A stretch of DNA of 64,000 nucleotides from Nannocystis pusilla (GTDB taxonomy: Bacteria; Myxococcota_A; Polyangia; Nannocystales; Nannocystaceae). Of this stretch, positions 30,023 to 42,259 are shown piece by piece (positions within the stretch are counted from its first letter, which is position 1; each line of letters opens with the position of its first letter). The DNA lies in assembly GCF_020073745.1 (NCBI RefSeq), contig NZ_JAIRAU010000047.1:349990-413989 (forward strand), given 5' to 3'. Made by a program: the position numbers and the translations under genes. Below the pieces are notes generated by a model. The model was not told the DNA's origin, ran no database searches, and saw nothing but the letters and a program-made list of their open reading frames with translations.

Positions 30023-31576
30023 TCAGGTGAACGCCCACGCCAGGACCACGGCGAGCAGCAGCGCGGCGATCACCAGCCAGAAGCCGCTGTCGGTCCGCTT
30101 CGGCGCGGGAAGCTCCGGCGGCTTGGGCACCGGCGGACCCGACTCGGCGGCCGGCGACGGCGGCGACACGAGCGGCGCGACCGGGGGCTCGGGCGCCGCA
30201 GCTGCCGGCGCCTCCACCTTCTTCTCTTCACGCTCGCGCACGTCGGAGCGGCTCGCCGCCGGGACGCTCTCGCTGACGCTGGGCTCGACGATGATGTCGG
30301 GCCGCGACGGCGAGCCGCGACGGACGATGCTGTCCTCGGTGAGGACGTGCACGCGGCGCAGCCCGCTGTTGGAGCGCCCCGACGGGTCCTGCGGGTTGGC
30401 GAAGCCGCCGGCGCTGACGGCCGCGAACGTGCCGGACGGGATCGAGCTCGAGCGCAGCGCCGCCACGCTGTTGGGCCGGATCGAGCCCTCGCCGAACAGC
30501 AAGTCCTCGAGGCCCATGACCGGCTGCTCGACCGGCGCCGAGGCGGTGACCTTCGGCGGCTCTCTGACCGAAACGCCAGGTGCCGAAGGACCTGTTGGAA
30601 CGGACAGGGTCTCGAGGACAGGCGGTACCGCGACCGGCGGCGGCGCCGACGGCAGCGGCGCCGAGTGCGACACCGGCGGCTTGGTGTTGGGCCGCGGCGG
30701 CGGAGGCGGCGGCGTCGGCGGGGTGAGATCGATGATCGGCTCGGGCGCGGCCTCGGCGGTGCCGGCGAGCGCGAGCGACTCGAGTCGACGCACCAGCTCG
30801 GCGCCGTCCTGCGGACGTGCCGACGGATCGGCGGACAGGCTGGCGCCGATCAGCGCCCACAGTCCGGCCTGCAACCCCGGCGGCTCGGCGGCGCGGAGAG
30901 CCGCGGCGCCGCGCAGGCCGGTGGCGAACTCCATGAGCGCGACGCCCCACGCGTAGGTGTCGGACAGCGGCGTGAAGTCGCCGCCGGCCAGCACCTCGGG
31001 CGCGAGCAACGACCGGTCGACGGTGCTCCACCGCCGCTCGAGCTCGGCGCGGGCGCACAGCGGAGCGAACCCGTGCTGGAACGCCGCCGGGCCGCGCGGG
31101 CCGACGAACACCGCCTCGCCCGCGAGCATGCCGTGGACGCGGCCGCGGGCGTGCAAGGTCGCGAGGGCCCGCGCGAGCTGACGCGCGAGCCGTTGCAGCT
31201 CGTTGGCGAGGTCCGACGAGCGCGGGCCGTCGTCCATGTCGCGCAGCGCGAACGCCCCCTGCAGCGGGTCGTAACAGACGACCACGCGCTCGCCGTCTTG
31301 ACCGACGAACACCTGGGGCACGAGCGAGGAGTCCTGCAGCTCGCCGAGCTCGCCGAGCTCGCGCACGAAGGCGGCGCGCGCCTCGGGCGTGGGCAACAGC
31401 GCGGCGTCGAGGACACAGGCGCGAGCCGGCTCGCCGCTCTGGGTGTCGAGGACCGCGAGCGTGGGGCCGAAGAGCTGCACGCCGGTGTTGGCGGGCTCCT
31501 CGCGCATCAGCTCGAAGCGCCCGCACAACATGGTGTGGGCCTCGTCCGAGTTCGAAGTGCCCGGGCTCAACTCCAT
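30023..31576 (-). CDS. tail-anchored Ser/Thr-kinase-like protein, probable pseudokinase
   Basis: Kinase-fold C-lobe (DTYAWGVALMEFATG; LHARGRVHGMLAGEAVFV in place of the HRDLKPEN catalytic loop). No VAIK lysine (ACVL instead). Pro-rich linker (PPTPPPPPPRP…). Single C-terminal TM helix FWLVIAALLLAVVLAWAF. Confidence 0.6.
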   Translation of the reverse strand: MELSPGTSNSDEAHTMLCGRFELMREEPANTGVQLFGPTLAVLDTQSGEPARACVLDAALLPTPEARAAFVRELGELGELQDSSLVPQVFVGQDGERVVVCYDPLQGAFALRDMDDGPRSSDLANELQRLARQLARALATLHARGRVHGMLAGEAVFVGPRGPAAFQHGFAPLCARAELERRWSTVDRSLLAPEVLAGGDFTPLSDTYAWGVALMEFATGLRGAAALRAAEPPGLQAGLWALIGASLSADPSARPQDGAELVRRLESLALAGTAEAAPEPIIDLTPPTPPPPPPRPNTKPPVSHSAPLPSAPPPVAVPPVLETLSVPTGPSAPGVSVREPPKVTASAPVEQPVMGLEDLLFGEGSIRPNSVAALRSSSIPSGTFAAVSAGGFANPQDPSGRSNSGLRRVHVLTEDSIVRRGSPSRPDIIVEPSVSESVPAASRSDVREREEKKVEAPAAAAPEPPVAPLVSPPSPAAESGPPVPKPPELPAPKRTDSGFWLVIAALLLAVVLAWAFT

Positions 31577-31591
31577 GAGACGCTCCCGCGG

Positions 31592-32044
31592 CTAGACGCC
31601 GGTGCTGCCGAAGCCACCTTCACCCCGCTCGGCCGTCGGCAGGTCGGAGACCTCGACGACCGCGGGAAAGACGACAGGGGCGACCACGAGCTGAGCGATC
31701 CGCTCGCCGTGCGCGACGACGAACGGCGCGGCCCCGAGATTGACCAGGATGACCTTGAGCTCCCCACGGTAGTCGGCGTCGATTGTACCTGGTGCGTTCA
31801 CGATCGAGAGCCCGTGCTGCAACGCCAACCCCGATCGCGGACGCACCTGACCCTCGTGGCCGGCCGGGATAGCGACGGCGACGCCCGTGGGAATTAAACG
31901 GCGTTCCCCCGGCGCCAGCTCGATTGGGCCCGTGGGCAGACAGGCCGCCAGGTCCATTCCGGCCGCGTCCGCGCTCATTCGCCGCGGCAGCTGGGCGTCA
32001 GGATGGACCTTGCGGACCAGCAGCGTCGGCGCGACGTGCGACAT
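31592..32044 (-). CDS. dut: dUTP diphosphatase
   Basis: Motifs [26 protein letters not shown], and C-terminal GFGSTG. Start at [10 protein letters not shown] within a longer ORF. Confidence 0.85.
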   Translation of the reverse strand: MSHVAPTLLVRKVHPDAQLPRRMSADAAGMDLAACLPTGPIELAPGERRLIPTGVAVAIPAGHEGQVRPRSGLALQHGLSIVNAPGTIDADYRGELKVILVNLGAAPFVVAHGERIAQLVVAPVVFPAVVEVSDLPTAERGEGGFGSTGV

Positions 32045-32048
32045 TCGC

Positions 32049-34154
32049 TCACCCTCGCAGGTTCTGGACCTCGGAGGGGTCGACCCCGAAGGCGGCGCGG
32101 CGGCTGAGGCGGATCTTGCCGGTGGGATCGACATTGATGACCTTCACCACGACCTCGTCGCCCTCCTGGACCACGTCGGTCACGCGGTCGACGCGCTTGT
32201 CCTCGAGCTCCGAGATGTGGACGAGCCCGTCGGTGCCCGGGAGGATCTCGACGAAGGCGCCGAAGTCGACGATCCGCTTGACCACCCCGTGGTAGGTCGC
32301 GCCCACCTCGGGCTCGGCGATCAGACCCTCGATGAGCCGCTTGGCCCGCTCGATCTGGGCGATGTCGTTGCTGGCGATCGCCACCCGGCCCGAGTCCTCG
32401 ATGTTGATGACGCAGCCGGTCTGCTCGATGATCGCGCGGATCGTCTTGCCGCCGGGGCCGATGACCTCGCGGATCTTGTCGACCTTGACCTGCATCGTGA
32501 CGATGCGCGGCGCGTGCTTGCTGATGTCGGCCCGCGGCTCGGCGAGCACCTCGAGCATCTTGCCGAGGATGTGCAGCCGGGACTCGCGCGCCTGGTCGAG
32601 CGCGGCCTCGAGGATCTGGCGGGTCAGGCCCTCGATCTTGATGTCCATCTGCAGCGCGGTGATGCCGGTCTTGGTGCCGGTCACCTTGAAGTCCATGTCG
32701 CCGAGGTGATCCTCGTCGCCGAGGATGTCGGAGAGGATGGCGATCTCGCCGCCCTCCTGCATCAGGCCCATGGCGACGCCGGCGACCGGCGCCTTGATCG
32801 GCACGCCGGCGTCCATCATCGCCAGGCAGCCGCCACACACCGCCGCCATCGACGACGAGCCGTTCGACTCGAGCGTCTCGCTGACGATCCGGATGGTGTA
32901 CGGGAACTTCTCGTGCGCCGGCAGGACGTACTTCAGCGCCCGCTCGGCCAGCGCGCCGTGGCCGACCTCGCGCCGCGACTGGCCGCGGATCGGCTTGGCC
33001 TCGCCGGTGCAGAACGGGAGGAAGTTGTAGTGCAGCATGAAGCTGCGCGTGACGTCGCCGCGGATCGTGTCGAGCCGCTGCGCGTCGCTCTCGGTGCCGA
33101 GAGTGACGGTCGCCAGCGCCTGCGTCTCGCCGCGCTGGAACAGCGCCGAGCCGTGCGGCCGCGGGAACGGGTGGGCCTCGATGTAGATCGGGCGCACGTC
33201 GCGGGTGCCGCGGCCGTCGAGCCGGCGGCCCTCCTTGATCACGCGGCTGCGCACGACCTTCTTCTCGAGCTTGCCGAGCGCCGCGAGCACCTCGGAGGTG
33301 CGCTCGGGGTGGCTGGCGGCGAAGCGCTCGATCACCTTCTTGTTGGCGGCCGCGAGCGCGTCGCGGCGCTCGTGCTTGCCGGTGATCGAGAACGCGGCCC
33401 GCACGTCGGCGTCGGCCGCGGCCATGACCTCGGCGCGGAACGCCTCGTCGACGGCCGGCTCGACGTGCACGCGCTTGGGCTTGCCGGCGTGCTCGCGCAG
33501 GCGCTCCTGCGCCTCGAGCAGCGGCTGCGCCGACTCGTGCGCGAACATGAGGGCGTCGATCATGTCCTTCTCGGCGACCTGATCGCCGCCGCCCTCGACC
33601 ATCACGATCGCGTCGCGGCTGGCCGCCACGACCAGCAGGATGTCGGCGACCTTCATCTGGTCCCACGAGGGGAACGCGACGAACTTGCCCTGCACGCGAG
33701 CGACGCGGACGCCGGCGATCGGGCCGGCCCACGGCGCGTCGCTGATGTGCAGCGCCGCCGAGGCGCCGGTGATCGCGAGGATGTCGGGCTCGTGCACCTT
33801 GTCGTGCGAGAGCACGGTGGCGATGATCTGCGTGTCGCTGCGATAGCTCTTGGGGAAGAGCGGCCGGATCGGCCGGTCGATGAAGCGACAGGTCAGCGTC
33901 TCCCACTCGGTGGGGCGACCTTCACGCTTGAAATAACCGCCGGGGATCTTGCCGGCGGCGGCGGGGTACTCGCGGTACTCGCAGGTGAGCGGGAGGAACG
34001 GAAGATCCTTCGGCTCCTTGCTGCTGACCGCCGTGACGAGCACGGCTGTCTCGCCGCAGCGCACGACAACCGCGCTGGACTGCTTGGCGAGCTTGCCGGT
34101 CTCGATGCTGATCTGGACCTCGCCGACGGCGCAGGTCTCGGTAATGACGTTCAT
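32049..34154 (-). CDS. pnp: polyribonucleotide nucleotidyltransferase (PNPase)
   Basis: Two RNase PH domains, KH and S1 domains. 701 aa from [11 protein letters not shown]…. Confidence 0.95.
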   Translation of the reverse strand: MNVITETCAVGEVQISIETGKLAKQSSAVVVRCGETAVLVTAVSSKEPKDLPFLPLTCEYREYPAAAGKIPGGYFKREGRPTEWETLTCRFIDRPIRPLFPKSYRSDTQIIATVLSHDKVHEPDILAITGASAALHISDAPWAGPIAGVRVARVQGKFVAFPSWDQMKVADILLVVAASRDAIVMVEGGGDQVAEKDMIDALMFAHESAQPLLEAQERLREHAGKPKRVHVEPAVDEAFRAEVMAAADADVRAAFSITGKHERRDALAAANKKVIERFAASHPERTSEVLAALGKLEKKVVRSRVIKEGRRLDGRGTRDVRPIYIEAHPFPRPHGSALFQRGETQALATVTLGTESDAQRLDTIRGDVTRSFMLHYNFLPFCTGEAKPIRGQSRREVGHGALAERALKYVLPAHEKFPYTIRIVSETLESNGSSSMAAVCGGCLAMMDAGVPIKAPVAGVAMGLMQEGGEIAILSDILGDEDHLGDMDFKVTGTKTGITALQMDIKIEGLTRQILEAALDQARESRLHILGKMLEVLAEPRADISKHAPRIVTMQVKVDKIREVIGPGGKTIRAIIEQTGCVINIEDSGRVAIASNDIAQIERAKRLIEGLIAEPEVGATYHGVVKRIVDFGAFVEILPGTDGLVHISELEDKRVDRVTDVVQEGDEVVVKVINVDPTGKIRLSRRAAFGVDPSEVQNLRG

Positions 34155-34287
34155 TGGGGGAAACTTTCCGCCGTGGACTCGAAATCTTTGCCCCGCCCGT
34201 CGGGGCGTCGGACGTGTCGCGCCCGCGCCGGCGTTCCGGCGCGTTCCCACGGCCGATCAGCGCGGCTGACCTGCGCGGGCGCCAGCG

Positions 34288-34320
34288 GCACAAAAGCGAA
34301 AAGGGGGACGTGCCCCCCTT
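34288..34320 (-). terminator. intrinsic terminator / RNase III-type hairpin after rpsO
   Basis: On the minus strand, AAGGGGGGCACGTCCCCCTT hairpin followed by TTTCGCTTTTG. Located 13 nt after the rpsO stop, in the rpsO-pnp intercistronic region. Confidence 0.55.
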
Positions 34321-34332
34321 CCTGCTCTCGGC

Positions 34333-34602
34333 CTACTTGCGGATGTTGAGCGCCCCGATCAGGGTCCGATAGCGGTCGACGCTGCGGTTGCGCAGATAGT
34401 CGAGCAGGCGACGACGTTGACCGACGAGCTTCAGCAGACCCCGGCGCGAGTGGAAGTCCTTGGCGTGGCCGCGGAAGTGCTCGGTGAGGTAGTTGATCCG
34501 CGACGTGAGGAGGGCGATCTGCACCTCCGGGGACGCGGTGTCGTTCGGGTGGGTCTGGAACTTGCTGACGATCTCGGCCGTGCGGTCAGGAGAGAGAGAC
34601 AT
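34333..34602 (-). CDS. rpsO: 30S ribosomal protein S15
   Basis: [15 protein letters not shown]…[33 protein letters not shown]. 89 aa from the internal Met. Confidence 0.9.
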   Translation of the reverse strand: MSLSPDRTAEIVSKFQTHPNDTASPEVQIALLTSRINYLTEHFRGHAKDFHSRRGLLKLVGQRRRLLDYLRNRSVDRYRTLIGALNIRK

Positions 34603-34735
34603 TTTCGCATTCTCGGTGCGGGCGGCCCGTGCCCCCGCAGAAGGTGTTGTGCTTTTTGTGTAGGCGGAAAATCCAGGCAAAACCCCGGCGTGTCAAGGCC
34701 GCTCACGCACGCGTCGACGCTTTTCTGCATGGCGG

Positions 34736-35767
34736 TCACGACGGGGTGACGGAGGCGGCGACCGCGGCATGGATCACTTTCTCCGGGCGCCACAGCGGCC
34801 CGTCGAGACGAACCACGACCAGCGCGTCGCGGAACCACAGCGCTTGCCTCGCCGCCGGATCTCGACCCTCGGCCAGGGTCGGCGCGACCTCCGGCAGCGC
34901 AGCGGCGTCGACGCCTCGACCGTGCAGGAGGCCCCGGAACGCCTCGGCCTCGCCCTCGTCGAGGCGGCGGACCGGAAACGGCAACACCTCCGCGGGCGCC
35001 AGCAAGGCCGCCTCGAGCCGCGCCCGCATGGCGTCGCGACTTTCGCCGCCCGCGAGGCCCAGGCGGTACTTGGGCGGCGCTCCGGCCAGATCCGGCAAGC
35101 GCGCGGACACGCCCACGGGCACGGTGCGAGGGTCGACGAGCGCGAGGCTCCCGCAGGCGGTGCGCCGCAACGCCGCCAGATGCGCCGGCAACCCGAGGCG
35201 CCGACCGAGCTCCTCGGCGAGGCTGCGAACATAGGTGCCCTTGCTCACGGCACACGTGGCGTCGATCGCGTCCTCGCCGACCTCGATCTCGGTCGCGGAC
35301 CGCAGCTCCATCGGCCGCGGCGGCAGCGCCAGGACCTCGCCGCGACGGGCGCGTGCGTGGGCCGGACGACCCTCGAGCTTGACCGCCGAGTACACGGGCG
35401 GCGGCAGCTCGAGCGCGCCGCACATGTCCTTCAGGACATCCGCGGCCGCGGCCGCCTGCGCCGGCGCGACCGCGATCTCGGCGATCGTCTCGCCCTCGCG
35501 ATCGGCCGTGGTCGTCGCCCGCCCGAGGCCGAAGCGCGCGCGGTAGACCTTGTCGACGGCGCTCAGGTACGGCACGAGCCGCGTCGCCCCGCCGACACAC
35601 ACGACGAGCAGGCCCGAGGCGAGCGGGTCGAGGGTGCCGCAGTGGCCGACCTGCTTCTCGTTCAGGACCCAGCGGACGAAGCCGACCACGTCGTGCGAGG
35701 TCGGCCCCTCCGGCTTGTCGACCAGCAGGACGCCGCAGCGCTCAGCCTGCGTCGTCACCCTGGCCAC
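34736..35767 (-). CDS. truB: tRNA pseudouridine(55) synthase
   Basis: GVLLVDKPEGPTSHDVV, HCGTLDPLASGLLVVCVG, and C-terminal PUA-like region. Confidence 0.9.
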   Translation of the reverse strand: MARVTTQAERCGVLLVDKPEGPTSHDVVGFVRWVLNEKQVGHCGTLDPLASGLLVVCVGGATRLVPYLSAVDKVYRARFGLGRATTTADREGETIAEIAVAPAQAAAAADVLKDMCGALELPPPVYSAVKLEGRPAHARARRGEVLALPPRPMELRSATEIEVGEDAIDATCAVSKGTYVRSLAEELGRRLGLPAHLAALRRTACGSLALVDPRTVPVGVSARLPDLAGAPPKYRLGLAGGESRDAMRARLEAALLAPAEVLPFPVRRLDEGEAEAFRGLLHGRGVDAAALPEVAPTLAEGRDPAARQALWFRDALVVVRLDGPLWRPEKVIHAAVAASVTPS

Positions 35768-36155
35768 CGTCGCCCTCGCCCTCGTCGCCGGCCTTGGCCG
35801 CCGGCGGCGGCGCGATCTCGGACAGGATCGTCTCGATCCGCAGGCCGCGCTGGATGCTCTCGTCGAACTCGAAGCGCAGCTCCGGGATCCGGCGCAGGTG
35901 CACCCGCCCCTGCAGCTCGCGCCGCACTGCCCCCGCGGCCGAGCGCAGCCCGGCGAGCACCGCGGCGCGGTCGCGGTCCGGCGACAGCAGGTCGACGAAC
36001 ACGCGGGCCAGCGTCAGCTCGGTGTCGACCTTGACGCCGGTGACGCTGAAGTTTACGCCCTGCAGCCGCGGGTCGTTGATCGAGCCGAACAGGAGCGCGT
36101 CGGCGATCCCGCGGCGCAGGGTCTCCTCGACCCGTTGCATCCGGTTACTCGCCAT
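35742..36155 (-). CDS. rbfA: ribosome-binding factor A
   Basis: RMQRVEETLRRGIADAL…VTGVKVDTELTLARVFV…RRIPELRFEFDESI. Its 3' end overlaps the truB start. Confidence 0.85.
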   Translation of the reverse strand: MASNRMQRVEETLRRGIADALLFGSINDPRLQGVNFSVTGVKVDTELTLARVFVDLLSPDRDRAAVLAGLRSAAGAVRRELQGRVHLRRIPELRFEFDESIQRGLRIETILSEIAPPPAAKAGDEGEGDGGQGDDAG

Positions 36156-36182
36156 ACGCGCTCCCGTCGCCGACCCGCCGCC

Positions 36183-39100
36183 TCACAGCGTCGGGGCGAT
36201 CGTCTCGATCTCGAACGCCTGCAGGATGTCGCCCGGCTCCACCTCGGGGAACGAGTCGATCACGATGCCGCACTCGAAGCCCTCGCGGACCTCCTTCACG
36301 TCCTCCTTGACGACGCGAAGGCTCGAGATCCTGCCCTTGTGGATGACCGTGCCGCCACGGACCACGCGGACGTGGCTCGTGCGCTGGATGAGGCCCCGCA
36401 TGACGCGGCAACCCGCGACCACACCGACCTTCGGGATCGGGAACAGCGCCCGCACCTCGGCCTCGCCCTGATCGCGCTCGCGGTACTCGGGCTCGAGCAG
36501 GCCGACCATCAACTCGCGCGTCTTGTCGAGCGCGTTGTAGATGACGTTGAAGGTGTGGACCGGCACCTTCTCGGCGTCGGCGATCTGACCGGCCTTGCCG
36601 ACCGGCTTGGTGTTGAAGCCGATGATCACGGCCTCGCCCGCCGAGGCGGTCTTCACGTCGGTCTGGGTGATCGCACCGACGCCGGACGAGATGACCTCGA
36701 CCTTGACCTTGTCGGTCGACAGCTCGAGCAGCGCCTGCTTGAGCGCCTCGGCCGAGCCCTGCACGTCGGCCCGCAGGACGATCTTGAGGGTCGGCGTCTT
36801 CTTGCGCTGGATGAAGTCGGCGATGCTGGGCCCCGAGCGCGCGCTCTCCTTGCGGCGGCGGACCTCGCGGCGGTGCGTCACGAGCTGGCGCGCGGCCTTC
36901 TCGCTCTCGACCACGTTGAAGCGGTCGCCGGCCGACGGCACGCCGTCGAGACCGAGGACCTCGACCGGGGTCGACGGACCGACCTCCTCGAGCGCGCGGC
37001 CGCGGTCGTCGAGCATGCCGCGGACCTTGCCGCTGAACTCGTTGGCGACCACGATGTCGCCCTTGCGCAGCGTGCCGGCCTCGACGAGGACGGTGGCGAT
37101 CGGACCGCGGCCCTTGTCGACGCGCGCCTCGAGCACGACGCCGATCGCCCGGCCCTCCGTGGTGGCCCGGAGATCGAGGATCTCCGACTGGATGGCCAGC
37201 ATCTCGAGCAGGTGCTCGATGCCCTTGCCGGTCTTCGCCGACACCTCGCAGATGATGGTGTCGCCGCCGTACTCCTCGCCGACCAGGCTGTGCTCCATCA
37301 GCATCTGCTTGACGCGGCCGGGGTTGGCGTCGGGCTTGTCGATCTTGTTGAGCGCCACCACGAGCGGGACGTTGGCCTCCCGCGCGTGCTTGATGGCCTC
37401 GACCGTGGTCGGCATGATGCCGTCGTCGGCGGCGACCACCAGCACGACGACGTCGGTGACCTGGGCCCCGCGGGCGCGCATCGCCGAGAACGCCTCGTGA
37501 CCGGGCGTGTCGAGGAACACCACGTCGCCCTTGGCCGTGCTGACCTTGTAGGCGCCGATGTGCTGGGTGATGCCGCCGGCCTCGCCCTCCGCGACCGTGG
37601 CCTTGCGGATCCGGTCGAGCAGCGAGGTCTTGCCGTGGTCGACGTGGCCCATGATGGTGACCACGGGCGCGCGCGTCTCGCCGGCCCCCTCCTCGGACTC
37701 CTCGAAGTACTGGTCCTCCTGGAAGGCCACGTTCTCGACGGTGTAGCCGTACTCGGCCGCGACCAGCTCGGCCGTCTCGGCGTCGATCGAGCTGTTGATC
37801 GTGACGCCGCGGAGGCCCATGCCCCACAGCGTCTTGAGCAGCATCGTCGCCTTCTTGCCCATCTGGTGCGCGAGGTCGGCGACCGGGATCGCCTCGTCGA
37901 CGCGGATGCGCTTCTTCGACTCCGACATCTCCTGTGTGGAGGGTCGGGCTCCGGGCGCACCGGGGCGGCCGCGGACGTTGCGGACCATCGTCTTGCGCTT
38001 ACGGCCCTGCTGCTGCGCCCGCTCCTCGCGCTCCTTGCGGATGGTCGCGCGGCCGCGCTGCTGGCTGTCGCTGGCGTCGGTGATGATCACCTGCTGCGGC
38101 CGCGGGCGGTTCGCCAGCTGGACGAACCCGACGATGCGCGGCTCGGCCCGTTGCGGGGCGGCGCCGACGATCACGCCGGACTCGTCGCGCACGACGCGAC
38201 GACTGGCGGGATCGTCGACCACGACCTGCGAGGCCGGCTGCGCCTGCTGCGGCGCCGGTTGCTGCTGCTGCGCCTGCGGGGCCGCCGGCGTGACCGGACG
38301 ACCCGAGGGGCCGCCGACCGGGCGCTCGCCCGGACGGGCCGCCACCGGCGCCGGCTGCACGACCTGTCCTCGAGGACCGGTCTGGCCCAACTGCGGCCCG
38401 CTGCCCAGCGGACGCGTGCCGGTCTGGGTCGGCGCACCCGGCTTGCCGGGGCCCGGACGGGTCTGGACGCCCGGACGGAGCGGCGTGCCGACGGGACCGA
38501 CCTGGCCCTGCGGCGGCGTGCCGCGAGGACCGTCCGGCGAGCGGCGGTGCGGCTCCACACGCGCTTCACGCGGGTGGTCTTCCATGCGCGACGCGACGCC
38601 GCCCGGAAGGCGCTTGGTGCCCGGCGGGAGTTGGATCCGCGTGCCCACCTCGGGCGCGGGCGCCCGCGGAGCGGCCTGCTGCGGCTGCGGCCGCGAGGGC
38701 TCCGGACGGCGGACCTCCGGACGCGACTCCACCGGTCGCGAGCCCTGCACCGGACGCTGCACCGGCGCCTGCGGCTGCTGCACCACGGGCCGCTGCGGCG
38801 GGGCCGGCTGGACCGGCGCCTGGACCACGGGGGCCGGCGGCGCGACGGGCTCGGGCGCAGCCACCGGGGGTGCGGCCACGACCGGCTCGGCCGGCGCTTG
38901 CACCGGCTCCGGACGGACCGGCTCGGCTGGCACCTGCACCGGCTCGCTCGGCGTCGTCGCCACGGGCCGCGCCTCGGCCGGCGGCGCCGGCTCGGCTTGC
39001 GCCGGCGCCTGCACCGGCTGGCTCGGACGCGTCTCGACCGGCTCGCTCACCCGCTCACGCACCTCGACCGACTCGGCCACGCTCCTCACCTCACGCTGCG

Positions 39101-39581
39101 GCTCCCGCGGCTGCGTCACCGCGGGGGTGGCCCACGGCGTCTCGGGCGGCCGCGTCGGCTCGCTCGGCCGCACCGGGGCGCTGGGGCGCACGACCGGCTG
39201 GGCCGCGGCGGGCGGCGGCACCGGACGCCGGATCACCGGCGCGGGCTGCTGCGGCTGCGGGGGCTGCTGTACCGGCGACGGGCGCACGAGCGGCGGCGCC
39301 GGACGGGCGACCTCCGACTCCTCCTCGACCTCGTCGGTCGGACGCGGGCCGCGGCCGGGACGACGAATGACCGCCGGACCGCCGGCGCGCGCCGTGTCGG
39401 TGCGCTCGGGCTCGCGGCGACCGCCGCCTTGAATGTGGCGACGGACGAGCTCGGCCTGATCGTCGTCGAGCGTGCTCATGACGCCCTTGATCTCGACCCC
39501 GAGGCCGCGGATCAGGTTCTCCATCACCTTGTTGTCCTTGCCCAGCTCTTTGGCGAGCTCGTAGACGCGAATCTTGGCCAT
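36183..39581 (-). CDS. infB: translation initiation factor IF-2
   Basis: N-terminal [14 protein letters not shown], long Pro/Ala/Gln-rich spacer, GTPase domain ([30 protein letters not shown]), and C-terminal beta-barrel domains. Confidence 0.95.
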   Translation of the reverse strand: MAKIRVYELAKELGKDNKVMENLIRGLGVEIKGVMSTLDDDQAELVRRHIQGGGRREPERTDTARAGGPAVIRRPGRGPRPTDEVEEESEVARPAPPLVRPSPVQQPPQPQQPAPVIRRPVPPPAAAQPVVRPSAPVRPSEPTRPPETPWATPAVTQPREPQREVRSVAESVEVRERVSEPVETRPSQPVQAPAQAEPAPPAEARPVATTPSEPVQVPAEPVRPEPVQAPAEPVVAAPPVAAPEPVAPPAPVVQAPVQPAPPQRPVVQQPQAPVQRPVQGSRPVESRPEVRRPEPSRPQPQQAAPRAPAPEVGTRIQLPPGTKRLPGGVASRMEDHPREARVEPHRRSPDGPRGTPPQGQVGPVGTPLRPGVQTRPGPGKPGAPTQTGTRPLGSGPQLGQTGPRGQVVQPAPVAARPGERPVGGPSGRPVTPAAPQAQQQQPAPQQAQPASQVVVDDPASRRVVRDESGVIVGAAPQRAEPRIVGFVQLANRPRPQQVIITDASDSQQRGRATIRKEREERAQQQGRKRKTMVRNVRGRPGAPGARPSTQEMSESKKRIRVDEAIPVADLAHQMGKKATMLLKTLWGMGLRGVTINSSIDAETAELVAAEYGYTVENVAFQEDQYFEESEEGAGETRAPVVTIMGHVDHGKTSLLDRIRKATVAEGEAGGITQHIGAYKVSTAKGDVVFLDTPGHEAFSAMRARGAQVTDVVVLVVAADDGIMPTTVEAIKHAREANVPLVVALNKIDKPDANPGRVKQMLMEHSLVGEEYGGDTIICEVSAKTGKGIEHLLEMLAIQSEILDLRATTEGRAIGVVLEARVDKGRGPIATVLVEAGTLRKGDIVVANEFSGKVRGMLDDRGRALEEVGPSTPVEVLGLDGVPSAGDRFNVVESEKAARQLVTHRREVRRRKESARSGPSIADFIQRKKTPTLKIVLRADVQGSAEALKQALLELSTDKVKVEVISSGVGAITQTDVKTASAGEAVIIGFNTKPVGKAGQIADAEKVPVHTFNVIYNALDKTRELMVGLLEPEYRERDQGEAEVRALFPIPKVGVVAGCRVMRGLIQRTSHVRVVRGGTVIHKGRISSLRVVKEDVKEVREGFECGIVIDSFPEVEPGDILQAFEIETIAPTL

Positions 39582-39584
39582 AAC

Positions 39585-40010
39585 TCAGGAAACCCTCCCC
39601 ACCGCGGCGCGCATGGCGGTCGCCAGGGCAGCGAGACGTTGGACGCGCGGCGCAGCGGCGGTGCCGCCGCTGCGATTCAGGAGATCGATCATGCCCGCGA
39701 GCACCTCGCCGTGCGCGCTCCACAGCGCGGCGGGGTCCACTGGGGGCGTCTTGCGGGCGAACGCGCGGGCGAAGCCGCCGCGGCGGGCTGCGCGCTCCAT
39801 GCAGGCGCGCGCCGGGCACACGTAAGCCGAGCGCCCGGAACTGGCCCGAAGACCATGGCGCTTTGCACATGTCCGAACAGACTGGTCCGGCAGGACCTGC
39901 TCCTTGTCGGCCGACTCGTCGGTACCGACGTGAAAAAGCTTCGAACGCAGGAGCTCCGCCTGGGGGCGGACGGCGCGGCAGCCCACGCAAGTGCGCATCG
40001 GCGCGTGCAT
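39585..40010 (-). CDS. ylxR: YlxR/DUF448-family protein (nusA-infB operon)
   Basis: MRTCVGCR… motif and position between nusA and infB. Carries a C-terminal extension relative to typical ~90-aa members. Start at an internal Met just after the nusA stop. Confidence 0.65.
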   Translation of the reverse strand: MHAPMRTCVGCRAVRPQAELLRSKLFHVGTDESADKEQVLPDQSVRTCAKRHGLRASSGRSAYVCPARACMERAARRGGFARAFARKTPPVDPAALWSAHGEVLAGMIDLLNRSGGTAAAPRVQRLAALATAMRAAVGRVS

Positions 40011-40011
40011 G

Positions 40012-41424
<1,413 letters not shown>

Positions 41425-41445
41425 AGACCGATGACCTCTGCTGTC

Positions 41446-42117
41446 CTAGCCGTGCCCCCCCGTAACCGGGGGCGAGTACACCAGGTTGGCCCGCCGGATG
41501 TCGGCGAGCGAGATCTTGTAGATGGTATCACTGTCGAGCGATCGCAAGAGCACCGTGCCGCGGCGATCGTCGCCAGGATCGGCGGCGTCGACCTCGGTGC
41601 CGACGATCCGCCCGTGAAAGGTCCGCTGATCGGCGCTGCCCTGACCCGGCAGCGGGTGGAACGTGCGGACCACCGCGCGCCCGCCGACGAAGCGGGCGAA
41701 GTGACTGAGGCGCACCAGCGGGCGATCGACGCCGGGCGAGCTCACCTCGAGCGTGTACGGCTGCGACAGCAACGCGGCCAGCTCCGGGGTCTCCGGATCG
41801 GCCTCGGCGGCGTCGAGCGCGTTGCTCAGGACCCCGCTCATGCGCGAGCAGTCGTCGAGCGAGACCCCGTTGGGATGGTCGAGGTACACCCGCGCCACCC
41901 GGCCGCCGCGCCCGCCGGCCCACTCGATCAGCACCACCTCGAAGCCCATCGCCCGCGCGACCGGCTCGACCGCCGCCTCGAGCAGGCGCACCGCCCCCTC
42001 GTGCACGTCGTGGCCCGCGCCGTCGTGCTCGGACTCGGTGCCGGCGACGTCGTCGACCACCGCGGGCTGCGGTGGGACCTTCGAGCGGGAGTTGTGTGTC
42101 GGGCGCCTTGTGGCCAT
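41446..42117 (-). CDS. rimP: ribosome maturation factor RimP
   Basis: [17 protein letters not shown]…[12 protein letters not shown]. Annotated ORF overlaps the divergent nit gene, so the start is set at an internal Met (MATRRPT…). Confidence 0.8.
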   Translation of the reverse strand: MATRRPTHNSRSKVPPQPAVVDDVAGTESEHDGAGHDVHEGAVRLLEAAVEPVARAMGFEVVLIEWAGGRGGRVARVYLDHPNGVSLDDCSRMSGVLSNALDAAEADPETPELAALLSQPYTLEVSSPGVDRPLVRLSHFARFVGGRAVVRTFHPLPGQGSADQRTFHGRIVGTEVDAADPGDDRRGTVLLRSLDSDTIYKISLADIRRANLVYSPPVTGGHG

Positions 42118-42132
42118 GCGCGTGGGATTCGA

Positions 42133-42172
42133 GACAAACAAAAAAGCGAGCTGGGCCAGTTGCCTGCTCGCT
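42133..42172 (-). terminator. intrinsic-terminator-like hairpin in the rimP-nusA-infB leader (candidate attenuator)
   Basis: On the minus strand, AAGCGAGC-AGGCAACTGGCCCA-GCTCGCTT hairpin followed by TTTTTTGTTTGTCTCG. Located about 20 nt upstream of the proposed rimP start, in the divergent intergenic region. Confidence 0.5.
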
Positions 42173-42259
42173 TCCGAAAGGCAATTTGCTGGCCGGGCCT
42201 GTAGCACGGCGCTTGAAGGCGAGCAACCCCCTTCCCGGACCGTGAGGTCTGGAGACCCC

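Noticed and set aside
34155-34287. Possible additional gene between pnp and rpsO
   Set aside because: This is the known rpsO-pnp intercistronic region. Only the terminator/processing hairpin was identified and no ORF.
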